Assembly: GCA_036259475.1 (NCBI GenBank)
Contig: DATABS010000021.1
Location: 305 to 64,304 of the forward strand
DNA from: Acidimicrobiia bacterium
GTDB lineage: Bacteria; Actinomycetota; Acidimicrobiia; Spongiisociales; ZC4RG35
DNA length: 64,000 nucleotides
Direction: 5' to 3'
The position numbers and the translations under genes were made by a program. A model generated the notes under the pieces. The model was given only the letters and a program-made list of their open reading frames with translations, ran no database searches and was not told where the DNA came from. How positions within the stretch are numbered: position 1 is the stretch's first letter; each line of letters starts with the position of its first letter. Below are positions 1 through 8,976 of the stretch, piece by piece.

Positions 1-1240
1 GAGAAAGAAATGGGCGCGGCGGCTCCTCGCCGAATACGACCTGGACGTCGAGCTGTTCCCTGACGTTCCGGCGGGTTTCCTCACCATGGCGGAGCGCCAG
101 CTCTTCGAGGTGGCCAAGGCCCTCGTCACCAACCCAAAGGTCCTCCTGCTCGACGAGCCGACCACGGCGCTGGGGCCCGACGAGGTCGAGGCGCTCCACC
201 GGACCATCGTCGCCTGCAAGGAGCGAGGGGTGGGAGTCGTGTACGTCAGTCACCGCCTCCCCGAGGTGCTCGAGGTCGCCGACCGGATCACCGTCCTTCG
301 GGACGGCTGGAACCAAGGCACCTTCGACGCCCGAGCGACGACGGAGGCGGAGCTGGTCGAACACATCGTGGGGCGCCCATTCGCGGCGGCCTTTCCGCCG
401 GCTGATCCTTCGTTCGACGAGGCGAGAGACGTGCTCGTCGTCGACGGGCTCCAGGGGCAGTCGTTTGGACCGGTCAGCTTCACCCTCCGCCGCGGCGAGA
501 TCGTCGGTGTCGCCGGAGCCGAGGGCAACGGACAACAGCAGCTCTTCGACTGCCTCGCCGGGCGGACGCCGCCGCGGGCGGGTCGCGTCGTCTGTGACGG
601 CAAGGAGCTGAGCCTGGTCTCGACCCACGAGCCGGTGGCGGCCGGAATGATGCTGCTGCCGGGCGATCGCAAGCAGGAAGCCCTGATGGGCGTGCTCGGG
701 GTTCGCGTCAACGCCACCATCCAGTCGCTCGGCCGGTTCACGCGCTTCGGACTGTTACGCCGGGGCGCCGAGCGCAAGGCGGTGAGCGACCTCGTCGCGC
801 GGCTCGAGATCCGGACCCCCTCCCTCGACCAGCCGGTCGAGTTCCTCTCGGGAGGAAACCAGCAGAAGGTGTCCGTGGCCCGGACCTTCCTCAAGGATCC
901 GTCGGTGATCCTGGCTTACGAGCCGACCCAGGGGGTCGACGTGGGGTCTCGCTTCGACATCTACGACGCGTTGCGGACGCGGAGCGATGCCGGGGCGGCG
1001 CTTCTCATCAAGTCGAGCGACCCGATCGAGCTGGCGGGTCTGTGCGATCGGGTGCTGGTCATCTCCCGGGGAACCATCGTCGAGGAGATCCCGGGTGACG
1101 AACTCGACGAGGTCCGCATCGTCGAGGCGATCGTCCGCGGTCCCGGGATGTCCAAGGCGGCTCGCTCACCGCTGGGTGCAGCCATGCCCAAGTCGTCCGG
1201 CAACGGGGCGCCGCGGGTGAGTGGCGGCGCAACGCGATGA
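1..1240 (+). CDS. ABC transporter ATP-binding protein, two-domain sugar/nucleoside type (5' end outside window)
   Basis: The frame stays open upstream of the first Met at 86. Signature/Walker B region ERQLFEVAKALVTNPKVLLLDEPTTAL, a second nucleotide-binding domain (NBD) with GEIVGVAGAEGNGQQQL, and LSGGNQQK. The stop overlaps the next ATG by 4 nt (ATGA). Confidence 0.85.
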   Translation, partial: RKKWARRLLAEYDLDVELFPDVPAGFLTMAERQLFEVAKALVTNPKVLLLDEPTTALGPDEVEALHRTIVACKERGVGVVYVSHRLPEVLEVADRITVLRDGWNQGTFDARATTEAELVEHIVGRPFAAAFPPADPSFDEARDVLVVDGLQGQSFGPVSFTLRRGEIVGVAGAEGNGQQQLFDCLAGRTPPRAGRVVCDGKELSLVSTHEPVAAGMMLLPGDRKQEALMGVLGVRVNATIQSLGRFTRFGLLRRGAERKAVSDLVARLEIRTPSLDQPVEFLSGGNQQKVSVARTFLKDPSVILAYEPTQGVDVGSRFDIYDALRTRSDAGAALLIKSSDPIELAGLCDRVLVISRGTIVEEIPGDELDEVRIVEAIVRGPGMSKAARSPLGAAMPKSSGNGAPRVSGGATR

Positions 1241-3705
1241 TCGAGCCGATCACCACCACGCGAGTCGACTCCGCCCGTCGGACGGTGCGCAAGGTGGTGC
1301 GCAACGCCCGGGACAAGGAGAAATGGCGCAAGGTCATCAGGTTCCGCCTGTGGATGCCGGTGGCGCTGCAGGTGCTGCTGATCGGCGCGGTCCTCCTCTA
1401 CACGAACTCCCGCTTCGAAGGCTTCCTCAACCAGGCCAACATCTACAACATCCTGCTCCTGGCGATGCCCCTCGCCGTGGTCGCCATCGGCCAGACCCAC
1501 GCCATCCTCGTCGGCTATCTCGACCTCTCGGTGGGAGCCATGATCAGCTTCGGGGTGGTCGTCGCCTCGTTCCTCATCCGCACCGACGCCGGCCTGTCCC
1601 AGATCCTGATCGGCATCGCGGCAATCCTCGGCTGCGGCCTCCTCCTCGGACTCGTCAACGCCGGGCTGATCCGAGGGGTGAAGATCCCCTCGATCGTGGC
1701 GACTCTGGCAACCCTGAGCATCCTCGACGGAATCTCACTCACCCTCCGTCCCACGGCACAAGGGGCGATAAGCGCCGACCTCGTCTCCGTGCTGACGACC
1801 ACCATCGGTCCCATACCCGTCGCCTTCATCGTTCTCGTGATCGGAGCCGGGCTGCTCGACCTGTGGCTCCACTCGTCCGGCTCCGGCCTGGCGGTGCGGG
1901 CGGTCGGTTTCGACGAGCGGTCGGCCAAGCGCGGCGGCATCCGAACCAACTGGGTCCGGGTGCGCGCCCTGCTCCTGGCCGGCCTCCTCGCCGCCGTGGC
2001 CTCCTTCTTCGTGATAGCTCGATCCCCGATCGGCAACGCCTCGATCGGCTCGTCCTTCGCCCTCAACAGCATCACCGCCGCCGTGCTGGGGGGAGCGTCC
2101 CTGGCCGGGGGGCGGGCCACATTCATAGGAAGCACCGTGGCGTCGGTGCTGCTGGCCCTGATCCTCACCGTGTTGCCGTTCCTCGGGCTGACCTCCAGCG
2201 ACGGCTCGATGATCATCGGCGTCCTCGTCCTCCTCGGCATCATCCTCTTCCAGGCAGGAGATCTGAAGGAGCTCGTCAAGCGGAACTTCCGGAGGGCACG
2301 GCGCATCGTCCTCGGGAGCCGGGTCGCCGACAAGGCGACATTGCCGGCGCTCTACCCGGAAGGCACCGACTTCAGCGTCAGGCCGAGCGGACGGAAGCTG
2401 ATCCGGGGCGGCACGGTGCTCACCCTCGACCGCCAGGTCGGCGACTTCCTCTCCGCCGACGTCCTCATCGAAGACGACCGGATCCTCGAGATCCGGCCCG
2501 ACGTGGCAGTCGACGGGGCGGAGGTGGTAGACGCGGCCGGAATGATCGTCATCCCGGGATTCGTCGACACCCACCGTCACATCTGGGAGGGGGTGCTGCG
2601 CAACATGGGCACCGACGTGCCGCTGGAGGGCCGGACCAGCTACATCACCTTCGTCCTTCACAAGCTGGCGCCGGCATTCCGGCCGGAGGACGCCTACGTC
2701 GGCAACATGGTCTCCGCCCTGGGAGCGATCGACGCCGGCATCACCACGCTGCTCGACTGGTCCCACATCCAGGGTTCGCCCGCTCACACCGATGCCGTGG
2801 TCCAGGGCCTCAGGGACTCCGGGATACGGGCCGTGTTCGCCTATGGGTTCCCCTGGTGGGGGAAATGGGAGGAGCGGCAGCCGAGTTGGTTCGTCCGCGC
2901 CGCCACCGAGCATTTCTCCACCAACGACCAGATGATCACGCTCGCCCTGGCGGCACCCGGCCCCGAGTTCACCGACTTCGAGGTATCCCGCGACCACTGG
3001 AAACTCGCCCGGGAAACCGGGGCCCGGATCACCACCCACGTCGGCGTGGGGAGCTACGGTCAGGACGGGAAGGTCCAGGAGATGGGAGAGGCCGGTCTGC
3101 TCGGTCCCGACACCACCTACATCCATTGCACCACCCTCAACGACACCGAAATCCAGATGATCGTTGACAGCGGCGGAACGGTGTCGATCGCCACACCGGT
3201 CGAGATGATGATGGGACACGGGATGCCTCCCATTCAGAAGTTCCTCGACCGTGGCCTCCGTCCCAGCCTCAGCGTCGACGTCGAGACCAACGTGCCCTCG
3301 GACATGTTCAACCAGATGCGGTCGGTTCTGGGACTGCAAAGATCACTGGCATCCACCCAGGGAAAGGCGCCGGTTCCGATGCGGGAGGTGCTGGAGTGGG
3401 CGACCATCGAAGGGGCCAGAGCCAACGGCCTCGACCACAAGGTCGGCACGCTCACCCCCGGCAAGCAGGCCGACATCGTGCTCCTGCGGACCGACCGGCT
3501 CAACACCACCCCCCTGAACGATCCGGCCACCTCGGTGGTGGTGGGGATGGACACCGGCAACGTGGATACGGTCATCATCGCCGGCCGGGTGATGAAGCGT
3601 GGCGGCCGACTCCTCCACGTCGACTGGCCCACCCTGCGCCGCCTCCTGGACGACGCCCGCGACCACGTCGTGGAGAAATCCGGCTACCGACTCCCGAAGA
3701 TCTAG
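1237..3705 (+). CDS. ABC permease (BPD_transp_2, RbsC/NupP-like) fused in frame to a metal-dependent amidohydrolase (cytosine/guanine-deaminase-like)
   Basis: A single 822-aa ORF with no in-frame stop. The first ~340 aa are a polytopic permease (AVGFDERSAKRGGIRTNWVRVRALLLAGLLAAVAS). The last ~460 aa are an amidohydrolase (KLIRGGTVLTLD...PGFVDTHRHIWEG...HCTTLND...). A possible internal TTG is at 2341. Confidence 0.7.
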   Translation: MIEPITTTRVDSARRTVRKVVRNARDKEKWRKVIRFRLWMPVALQVLLIGAVLLYTNSRFEGFLNQANIYNILLLAMPLAVVAIGQTHAILVGYLDLSVGAMISFGVVVASFLIRTDAGLSQILIGIAAILGCGLLLGLVNAGLIRGVKIPSIVATLATLSILDGISLTLRPTAQGAISADLVSVLTTTIGPIPVAFIVLVIGAGLLDLWLHSSGSGLAVRAVGFDERSAKRGGIRTNWVRVRALLLAGLLAAVASFFVIARSPIGNASIGSSFALNSITAAVLGGASLAGGRATFIGSTVASVLLALILTVLPFLGLTSSDGSMIIGVLVLLGIILFQAGDLKELVKRNFRRARRIVLGSRVADKATLPALYPEGTDFSVRPSGRKLIRGGTVLTLDRQVGDFLSADVLIEDDRILEIRPDVAVDGAEVVDAAGMIVIPGFVDTHRHIWEGVLRNMGTDVPLEGRTSYITFVLHKLAPAFRPEDAYVGNMVSALGAIDAGITTLLDWSHIQGSPAHTDAVVQGLRDSGIRAVFAYGFPWWGKWEERQPSWFVRAATEHFSTNDQMITLALAAPGPEFTDFEVSRDHWKLARETGARITTHVGVGSYGQDGKVQEMGEAGLLGPDTTYIHCTTLNDTEIQMIVDSGGTVSIATPVEMMMGHGMPPIQKFLDRGLRPSLSVDVETNVPSDMFNQMRSVLGLQRSLASTQGKAPVPMREVLEWATIEGARANGLDHKVGTLTPGKQADIVLLRTDRLNTTPLNDPATSVVVGMDTGNVDTVIIAGRVMKRGGRLLHVDWPTLRRLLDDARDHVVEKSGYRLPKI

Positions 3706-3762
3706 CTCGTCGCAAGAGGAACGGATCGGACCCCCGGGCACGATGATTATGTTGCGGCGCCG

Positions 3763-4947
3763 ATGAGACGTCTCTCAGCCAGCCAGGCCCGACGGGTCGC
3801 CATCACCGCCCAGGGATTGGCCGCTCCCCGACCGTCGGTGAAGCCCGACCTCGGTCATCTGCTGCGAACGGTGAGACGGGTCGGAGTCCTCCAGATCGAC
3901 TCGGTCAACGTTCTCGAGAGGGCTCATCACCTGACGCTCTTCTCCCGGCTCGGTCCCTACGACCAGGGCCTACTGTGGCGGGCGCTGGAGGAACACCGAC
4001 TTTTCGAGTACTGGGCGCGCATGGCCTCGTTCGCCCCGGTCGAAGATTTCCCCTTCTTCCGGCACCGGATGGACCGTTTCGCCGAAGGCAACTGGAACCG
4101 GGTCCAGGAGCTTGACGACCGGGCCCCCGGCTACATCGAGTCGGTCTACCGACAGGTGGCCGAGCGGGGACCACTGACCGCCTCGGAGCTCGAAGAGCCG
4201 GGGGAGCGCAGCGGGCCGTGGTGGGGTTGGGCGGACGGCAAGATCGCCCTCGAGTACCTGTTGGCGGCCGGCCGGGTGCTCGTCGCCTACCGACGCAACT
4301 TCACCCGCTACTACGACATCGTCGAGCGTGTGATCCCGTCCCCATACCGCGACGGTGAGGCCCCCTCACCGGAGGCCGCCCAGCGAGCCCTCCTGCTCAA
4401 GGCCGCCACCGCGCTGGGTGTCGGTACGGCCCGCGACCTCATGGGCTATTACTCGATCAAGGGAGCGGAAGGGCGCCGGGCGCTGGCCGCTCTCCTCGAA
4501 GGCGGCTCCCTCGTCGAAGTCCAGGTCGAGGGATGGGCCGAGCCGGCCTACATGCCGACCGGCATCCCGGTCCCTCGCTCGATCGAGAGTCGCTCGCTCG
4601 TCAACCCGTTCGACCCGTACATGTGGAACCGGGATCGGATCGAGCGGCTCCACGGGTTCGAATACCGCATCGAGATCTACGTGCCGCAGCCCAAGCGGGT
4701 CTACGGCTATTTCGTCCTGCCGTTTCTCCTCGGCGACCACCTGGTGGCCCGGGTCGACCTCAAGGCCGACCGCCAGGGCGGCCGGCTGCGGGTCCCGGGG
4801 GCTTTCCTGGAGGCCGGCGCCGACTCCGTTCACGTCGCCGGGGAGTTGGCCATCGAGTTGCACGAGTTGGCCGGCTGGCTCGAACTCGACGAGATTTCCG
4901 TGGGGGACCGGGGCGAACTGGCTCCGGCGCTGCGTAAGGCCGTCTGA
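3763..4947 (+). CDS. Winged-helix DNA glycosylase, YcaQ/AlkZ family (interstrand crosslink repair)
   Basis: Has the VGVLQIDSVNVLERAHHLTLFSRL region carrying the Q-phi-D motif that marks the YcaQ subfamily. Length ~394 aa. Core-family wording FEYWARMASF...YVPQPKRVYGYFVLP. Confidence 0.7.
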   Translation: MRRLSASQARRVAITAQGLAAPRPSVKPDLGHLLRTVRRVGVLQIDSVNVLERAHHLTLFSRLGPYDQGLLWRALEEHRLFEYWARMASFAPVEDFPFFRHRMDRFAEGNWNRVQELDDRAPGYIESVYRQVAERGPLTASELEEPGERSGPWWGWADGKIALEYLLAAGRVLVAYRRNFTRYYDIVERVIPSPYRDGEAPSPEAAQRALLLKAATALGVGTARDLMGYYSIKGAEGRRALAALLEGGSLVEVQVEGWAEPAYMPTGIPVPRSIESRSLVNPFDPYMWNRDRIERLHGFEYRIEIYVPQPKRVYGYFVLPFLLGDHLVARVDLKADRQGGRLRVPGAFLEAGADSVHVAGELAIELHELAGWLELDEISVGDRGELAPALRKAV

Positions 4948-4955
4948 CCCGGCCG

Positions 4956-5702
4956 TCAGGCGGGTTTGTGAGCCCGGATGATCACCGAGTCCATCCCGTC
5001 GGCCACCTGGTGGGTGGGTGTGAGCGTGATGTCGACGAAGCCGGCGGCGTCGAGGCCGTCTCGGTACTCCGAATACGACAGGGCGCCGGCGATGCATCCC
5101 ACCCAGTCGCCGCGCTCGGCCCGTTCCTCCGGGGAGAGGGCGTCGGCCGCCACGATGTCGGTGATGCCGATCCTGCCGCCCGGCCGCAGCACACGGAGGA
5201 TCTCTGAGAAGACAGCCGCCTTGTCGGTCGACAGGTTGATCACGCAGTTGGAGATCACGGCGTCGACGGCGGCGTCGGCGAGTGGGATGTCCTCGATATA
5301 GCCCTGGAGGAACTCGACGTTGGTCGCTCCGGCCTCTTCGGCGTTGTGCCGGGCCAATTCCAGCATCTCGTCGGTCATGTCCAGGCCGTAGGCGAAGCCG
5401 TCGGGACCGACCCTCTGGGCCGAGAGCAGCACGTCGATGCCCCCGCCGGAACCCAGATCCAGAACCGTTTCGCCGAGCGCCAGTTCCGCCACGGCCGTCG
5501 GGTTGCCGCATCCCAGGCTCGCCCCGGCGGCCGAGGCGGGGATGGATGACAGCTCCCCGGCGCTGTACGTACCACTGGTGAGATCGGCGATCTCCGTGGC
5601 CGGGGGAGAACAAGAACCTCCACCACAACACCCTTCCTGGCCTACGGCACTGGCGGCGTAACGCTGCCGAACCTGCTCACGTACCCGGGTCTGATCTGTC
5701 AT
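4956..5702 (-). CDS. arsM: Arsenite S-adenosylmethionine methyltransferase ArsM
   Basis: SAM motif VLDLGSGGGIDV. Conserved As(III)-binding cysteines in LGCGNP, SNCVINL and VGCIAGAL. An N-terminal CCGGGSC. AGGAGAG SD 5 nt before the ATG. Confidence 0.8.
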   Translation of the reverse strand: MTDQTRVREQVRQRYAASAVGQEGCCGGGSCSPPATEIADLTSGTYSAGELSSIPASAAGASLGCGNPTAVAELALGETVLDLGSGGGIDVLLSAQRVGPDGFAYGLDMTDEMLELARHNAEEAGATNVEFLQGYIEDIPLADAAVDAVISNCVINLSTDKAAVFSEILRVLRPGGRIGITDIVAADALSPEERAERGDWVGCIAGALSYSEYRDGLDAAGFVDITLTPTHQVADGMDSVIIRAHKPA

Positions 5703-5710
5703 GACGGCTC

Positions 5711-5739
5711 TCCTATCGTTTCGATGAACGTCGATAGGA
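5711..5739. promoter_or_regulatory. Inverted repeat TCCTATCG-N13-CGATAGGA overlapping the arsM RBS; candidate ArsR/SmtB-type operator
   Basis: A perfect 8-bp arm palindrome seen directly in the sequence, sitting just upstream of the arsM start in a locally AT-richer patch. Confidence 0.35.
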
Positions 5740-5799
5740 CAACCCTACACCTCATATAGACAGACGTCAATATCAATATGGATCGCGGTCTGGATCGGT

Positions 5800-6342
5800 C
5801 TACGACGGGCGGGGAAGTCGGTAGAGCAAGGTGGTGGGGCCGTCGGGGGAGTCGGATGGGAGCACCCCGGCCCATACCCGTTGGAATCCGGCCTTCTCGA
5901 GAGAACGCCACGACGGCCGGTTGTCGGCTGCGACACCCACCACGACAGATGGAGCGTCGGGATAGCGGTCCCAGAGGGACCTGAGGTGGTCCCTGATCAT
6001 GCTCTCGCCCAGGCCCCGCCCCACGGCATCGGGTTCGCCAATGAGATAGTCGATACCGATGGCCTCGGCGGCGTCGGCGATCATGTTCAGGTCGGACAGC
6101 CACTCGGGGTAGTCACCGATCCGGTAGTCCTGGATGAGCCCCACCGGCCGCGATCCTTCGAGGACGATCCAGAGGGCGGTCGGATCGTCGCCCTCGATCG
6201 AGGGTCCGAAGTCTTCTTCGACGTCGTCGGGGTCGTGCTCGTTCCACTCCGTCCTGGTGACGTGCGGCTCGCCGAGCCACCTGGCGAGGAGATCGAGGTC
6301 GGTCCGGGTCATCCGCCGAATGTCGAGTTCCATCGGTGTCAT
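5800..6342 (-). CDS. GNAT N-acetyltransferase resembling aminoglycoside 6'-N-acetyltransferase AAC(6')-Ib family
   Basis: The 180-aa core MTPMELDIRRMTRTDLDLLARWLGEPHV...GIDYLIGEPDAVGRGLGESMIRDHL...SLEKAGFQRVWAGVLPSDSPDGPTTLLYRL aligns by eye with AAC(6')-Ib (LMTEHDLAMLYEWLNRSHIVEWW...GIDQLLANASQLGKGLGTKLVRAL...YEKAGFERQGTVTTPDGPAVYMVQ). The long N-terminal extension in the track overlaps the divergent gene and is rejected. Confidence 0.75.
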   Translation of the reverse strand: MTPMELDIRRMTRTDLDLLARWLGEPHVTRTEWNEHDPDDVEEDFGPSIEGDDPTALWIVLEGSRPVGLIQDYRIGDYPEWLSDLNMIADAAEAIGIDYLIGEPDAVGRGLGESMIRDHLRSLWDRYPDAPSVVVGVAADNRPSWRSLEKAGFQRVWAGVLPSDSPDGPTTLLYRLPRPS

Positions 6343-6400
6343 CCCCGTCCTATCCGCCGACGTCAGGTATACAGGGAGCGTCGGTGTCCGGGGAGGATAC

Positions 6401-7393
6401 GTGGGACGCAGGACCAATCTGGCGCTCGCGATACTGCTGATGGCAGCGGCCGCCACCGGGTTGGCCAGCCAAGCGATCGGTGTCGACTGGCCGGTCGACC
6501 TGGCGGTCCTCCACGGGATGGCGGCCCTGGCCGTCGTGCTCCTGGCCCCGTGGAAGAACGCCGTGATCCGTCGAGGCCTAGCCAAGAAGCGCCCGGGGCG
6601 GGGGGCGTCGCTGGCTCTGCTGACGCTGGTCGTGGTGACGCTGGCGTCGGGCCTGCTCCACTCCCACGGTGTCGTCACGGGCATCGGACCGCTCACGACC
6701 ATGCAGATCCACATCGGCGGGGCGATTCTCACCCTGGCTCTCGCCGTGGACCACTTCCGCCGCCACCCGGTCAAGCCTCGCCGGCTCGACGTCGACCGAC
6801 GGGCGTTCCTTCGTGGCTCCCTCCTCACGATCGCGGCGGCGGGGATGTGGCTGTCATGGGAGAAGGTGCTGGGACTGGTCGGAGCGCCCGGCCGGCAACG
6901 CCGCTTCACGGGCTCCCACGAGCGCGGGTCATATGACCCGGGCGGTTTCCCGGTGACCTCCTGGCTCGATGATGCGACCCCTTCCATCGACGAGTCGCAG
7001 TGGACGGTGGACGTCGGCGGCCGCCGCCTCACCCTGGCCGACCTCGAGTCGCTGCCCCAGGAGTCGTTCGCCGCCGTCATCGACTGCACCGGCGGCTGGT
7101 ACTCCCAGCAGGACTGGAGCGGGGTGAGGCTCGACCGGCTGGTCGAGGGGACCGGCCGACGCAGCTTCGTCGCCTGGTCCCACACCGGCTACGCCCGGCG
7201 GTTTCCGATGACCGACCTCGGTGCTACCTGGCTCGTCACCCGCGTCGGCGGCAAGCACCTCAGCGCCGGACACGGTTATCCGGCTCGAATCGTGGCGCCC
7301 GGGCGGCGCGGGTTCTGGTGGGTGAAATGGGTAGTCCGCATCGAAACGTCGACTCTCCCGTGGTGGGTGCAGTCACCGTTTCCCCTGACCTGA
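6401..7393 (+). CDS. Membrane-anchored molybdopterin-dependent oxidoreductase (MsrP/YedY / sulfite-oxidase Moco domain with an N-terminal His-rich 4-TM domain)
   Basis: GTG at 6401 preceded by GGGAGG. Four TM helices containing His residues, then an internal RRAFLRGS twin-arginine-like motif. The Moco domain has FPVTSW...CTGGWYSQQDWSGVRLDRL. Confidence 0.75.
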   Translation: MGRRTNLALAILLMAAAATGLASQAIGVDWPVDLAVLHGMAALAVVLLAPWKNAVIRRGLAKKRPGRGASLALLTLVVVTLASGLLHSHGVVTGIGPLTTMQIHIGGAILTLALAVDHFRRHPVKPRRLDVDRRAFLRGSLLTIAAAGMWLSWEKVLGLVGAPGRQRRFTGSHERGSYDPGGFPVTSWLDDATPSIDESQWTVDVGGRRLTLADLESLPQESFAAVIDCTGGWYSQQDWSGVRLDRLVEGTGRRSFVAWSHTGYARRFPMTDLGATWLVTRVGGKHLSAGHGYPARIVAPGRRGFWWVKWVVRIETSTLPWWVQSPFPLT

Positions 7394-7397
7394 TCCT

Positions 7398-8246
7398 CTA
7401 GGAGGAGCCCAACCAGTCGAGCAGCAGCCGGTTGAGGTGGTCGGGAGCGTCGAGTTGCATCCAGTGCGAGCACTCCTCCACCCGCTCGTAGCGCCACGGT
7501 CCATCGACGAAGTCGCCCGAGTCGCGCATCTGGCGTTCGGTGAGGGCGAAGTCGCCGCTGCTCCAGACACCCATCGTCGGAACGGGGCATACCGGGACAT
7601 CTCGAGACCGGCCGAGCAAGCGGGAGGGGTGGGCGTTCGCCCGGTACCAGTTGAGCGACGAGGTCAAGGCTCCTTCGGGTGACAGGTTCTCGATCCACCG
7701 CTCTGTCTCCGGATGTCCACCCATGAGCCGGCGGAAGGCGGCCCAGTCGTTCTGCGACAGCCACTGCTCGGCGATCCCGTCGAACTGGAACAGCAGCATG
7801 TACCACGATGCCCGCATCTGCTGCAGACCGGCGGCGGCGAAGGCGTTGGGGTGGCCGACCGACAGGGCGGTGAGAGTCCGCACCCGTTCGGGTGTCGTGA
7901 TCGCCATCGCCCAGGCCACTGCCGCTCCCCAGTCGTGGGCCACGACATGAGCCTGTTCGACGCCGGCGTCGTCGAGGAGAGCGAGCATGTCACCCGCCAT
8001 GTGGGTGGCCCTATATCCGTCCAAGGAGTCGGGCCGGCTGGAGCGGCCGATCCCGGGCATGTCGGGGGCCAGCACCCGGTAACCCCGTTCCACGATACTC
8101 GGGACCTGGTGACGCCACAGCCGAGCCGTATCCGGCCAACCGTGGATCATGAGCACCGCTTCGCCATCCAGCGGCCCATGATCCGTCACCGTTATCGAAA
8201 GTGAGCCGACCGGGACGGTACGGCACCGGGCGTACACGTCGAACAT
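7398..8246 (-). CDS. Alpha/beta hydrolase (epoxide hydrolase / haloalkane dehalogenase-like)
   Basis: HGWPD...VVAHDWGAAVAW nucleophile elbow and a cap domain; 282 aa. Confidence 0.8.
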   Translation of the reverse strand: MFDVYARCRTVPVGSLSITVTDHGPLDGEAVLMIHGWPDTARLWRHQVPSIVERGYRVLAPDMPGIGRSSRPDSLDGYRATHMAGDMLALLDDAGVEQAHVVAHDWGAAVAWAMAITTPERVRTLTALSVGHPNAFAAAGLQQMRASWYMLLFQFDGIAEQWLSQNDWAAFRRLMGGHPETERWIENLSPEGALTSSLNWYRANAHPSRLLGRSRDVPVCPVPTMGVWSSGDFALTERQMRDSGDFVDGPWRYERVEECSHWMQLDAPDHLNRLLLDWLGSS

Positions 8247-8300
8247 TGCGGATCACGCTACCGGATGGCGCCGAAGATGGTCGGGGGCCAAGATGGCAGC

Positions 8301-8681
8301 ATGTGTCGTCCTGATCCGCTGGCCTGTCTGCGGGACCGCTGCCTCGCCCTGCCCGAGGTGACCGAGCGGCTGAGCCACGGAGAACCGGCCTGGTTCATCC
8401 GCCAGAAGAAGTCGTTCGTGATGTACGCCGACCACCATCACGACGACCGGCTCGCCTTCTGGTGCGCGGCGCCGCCCGGCGACCAGGAGTCGATGATCGC
8501 CTCGGATCCGGAGCGGTTCTTTCGTCCGCCCTATGTCGGACACCGCGGTTGGCTGGGCGTTTATCTGGATGTGCCGGTCGACTGGGACGAGGTCGCCGAG
8601 ATAGTCGAGGAGGCCTACCGCGTGGTGGCCCCCGCCCGGCTGGTGGCCCAACTCGACGCCGCAAGGAAGCCGCCGTCCTAG
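8301..8681 (+). CDS. MmcQ/YjbR family DNA-binding protein
   Basis: LACLRDRCLALPEVTERLSHGEPAWFIRQKKSFVMY matches the YjbR family architecture. The start is uncertain; in-frame ATGs lie at 8265, 8277 and 8301. Confidence 0.55.
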   Translation: MCRPDPLACLRDRCLALPEVTERLSHGEPAWFIRQKKSFVMYADHHHDDRLAFWCAAPPGDQESMIASDPERFFRPPYVGHRGWLGVYLDVPVDWDEVAEIVEEAYRVVAPARLVAQLDAARKPPS

Positions 8682-8682
8682 G

Positions 8683-8976
8683 ATGACCGACTTGTCCTCG
8701 GTCATCACCCCCGAACCAACCGTCGTCCAGCGAATCCTGGTGGTCGTGGGGCTCCTCGCCTATCTGGCCGCCGGTTTCATCTATCTGACGTCCGGGCTGG
8801 TCGTTCCGTTCCCGTGGTTGATCGTCCTGTGGCTCGTCTGGATGGCGGGGATGTGGGTTACGGCGCGTCTGATGGCTCGGTGGTCGTGGTGGGTCCTCTC
8901 GGCGGCCCCCGCCGCGGTGGCCTTCTGGTGGGCGTACCTCTCGGTGGGGGAGGCGGTGTTCGCTTGGACCCCATGA
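8683..8976 (+). CDS. Small hypothetical membrane protein (2-3 TM)
   Basis: The hydrophobic, Trp-rich helices look like a membrane protein and not a GC-frame artefact. No homology recognised. Confidence 0.45.
   Translation: MTDLSSVITPEPTVVQRILVVVGLLAYLAAGFIYLTSGLVVPFPWLIVLWLVWMAGMWVTARLMARWSWWVLSAAPAAVAFWWAYLSVGEAVFAWTP

Noticed and set aside
1221-3339. Long alternative-frame and antisense ORFs (1221..3167 +, 1735..3339 -, 1515..2333 -) overlapping the permease-amidohydrolase gene
   Set aside because: Arg/Pro/Gly/His-rich, low-complexity translations typical of off-frame reading of 70% GC DNA. They fully overlap a gene with clear domain homology.
4366-5631. 421-aa minus-strand ORF and several 100-200-aa ORFs across the YcaQ/ArsM region
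   Set aside because: Antisense or out of frame to two well-supported genes, with R/G/P-rich composition.
6343-7185. N-terminal 280 aa of the 5800..7185 ORF and the 6134..6400 extension of the Moco oxidoreductase ORF
   Set aside because: These extensions overlap the divergent neighbour. The homologous domains begin at internal starts with good SDs (ATG 6342, GTG 6401).
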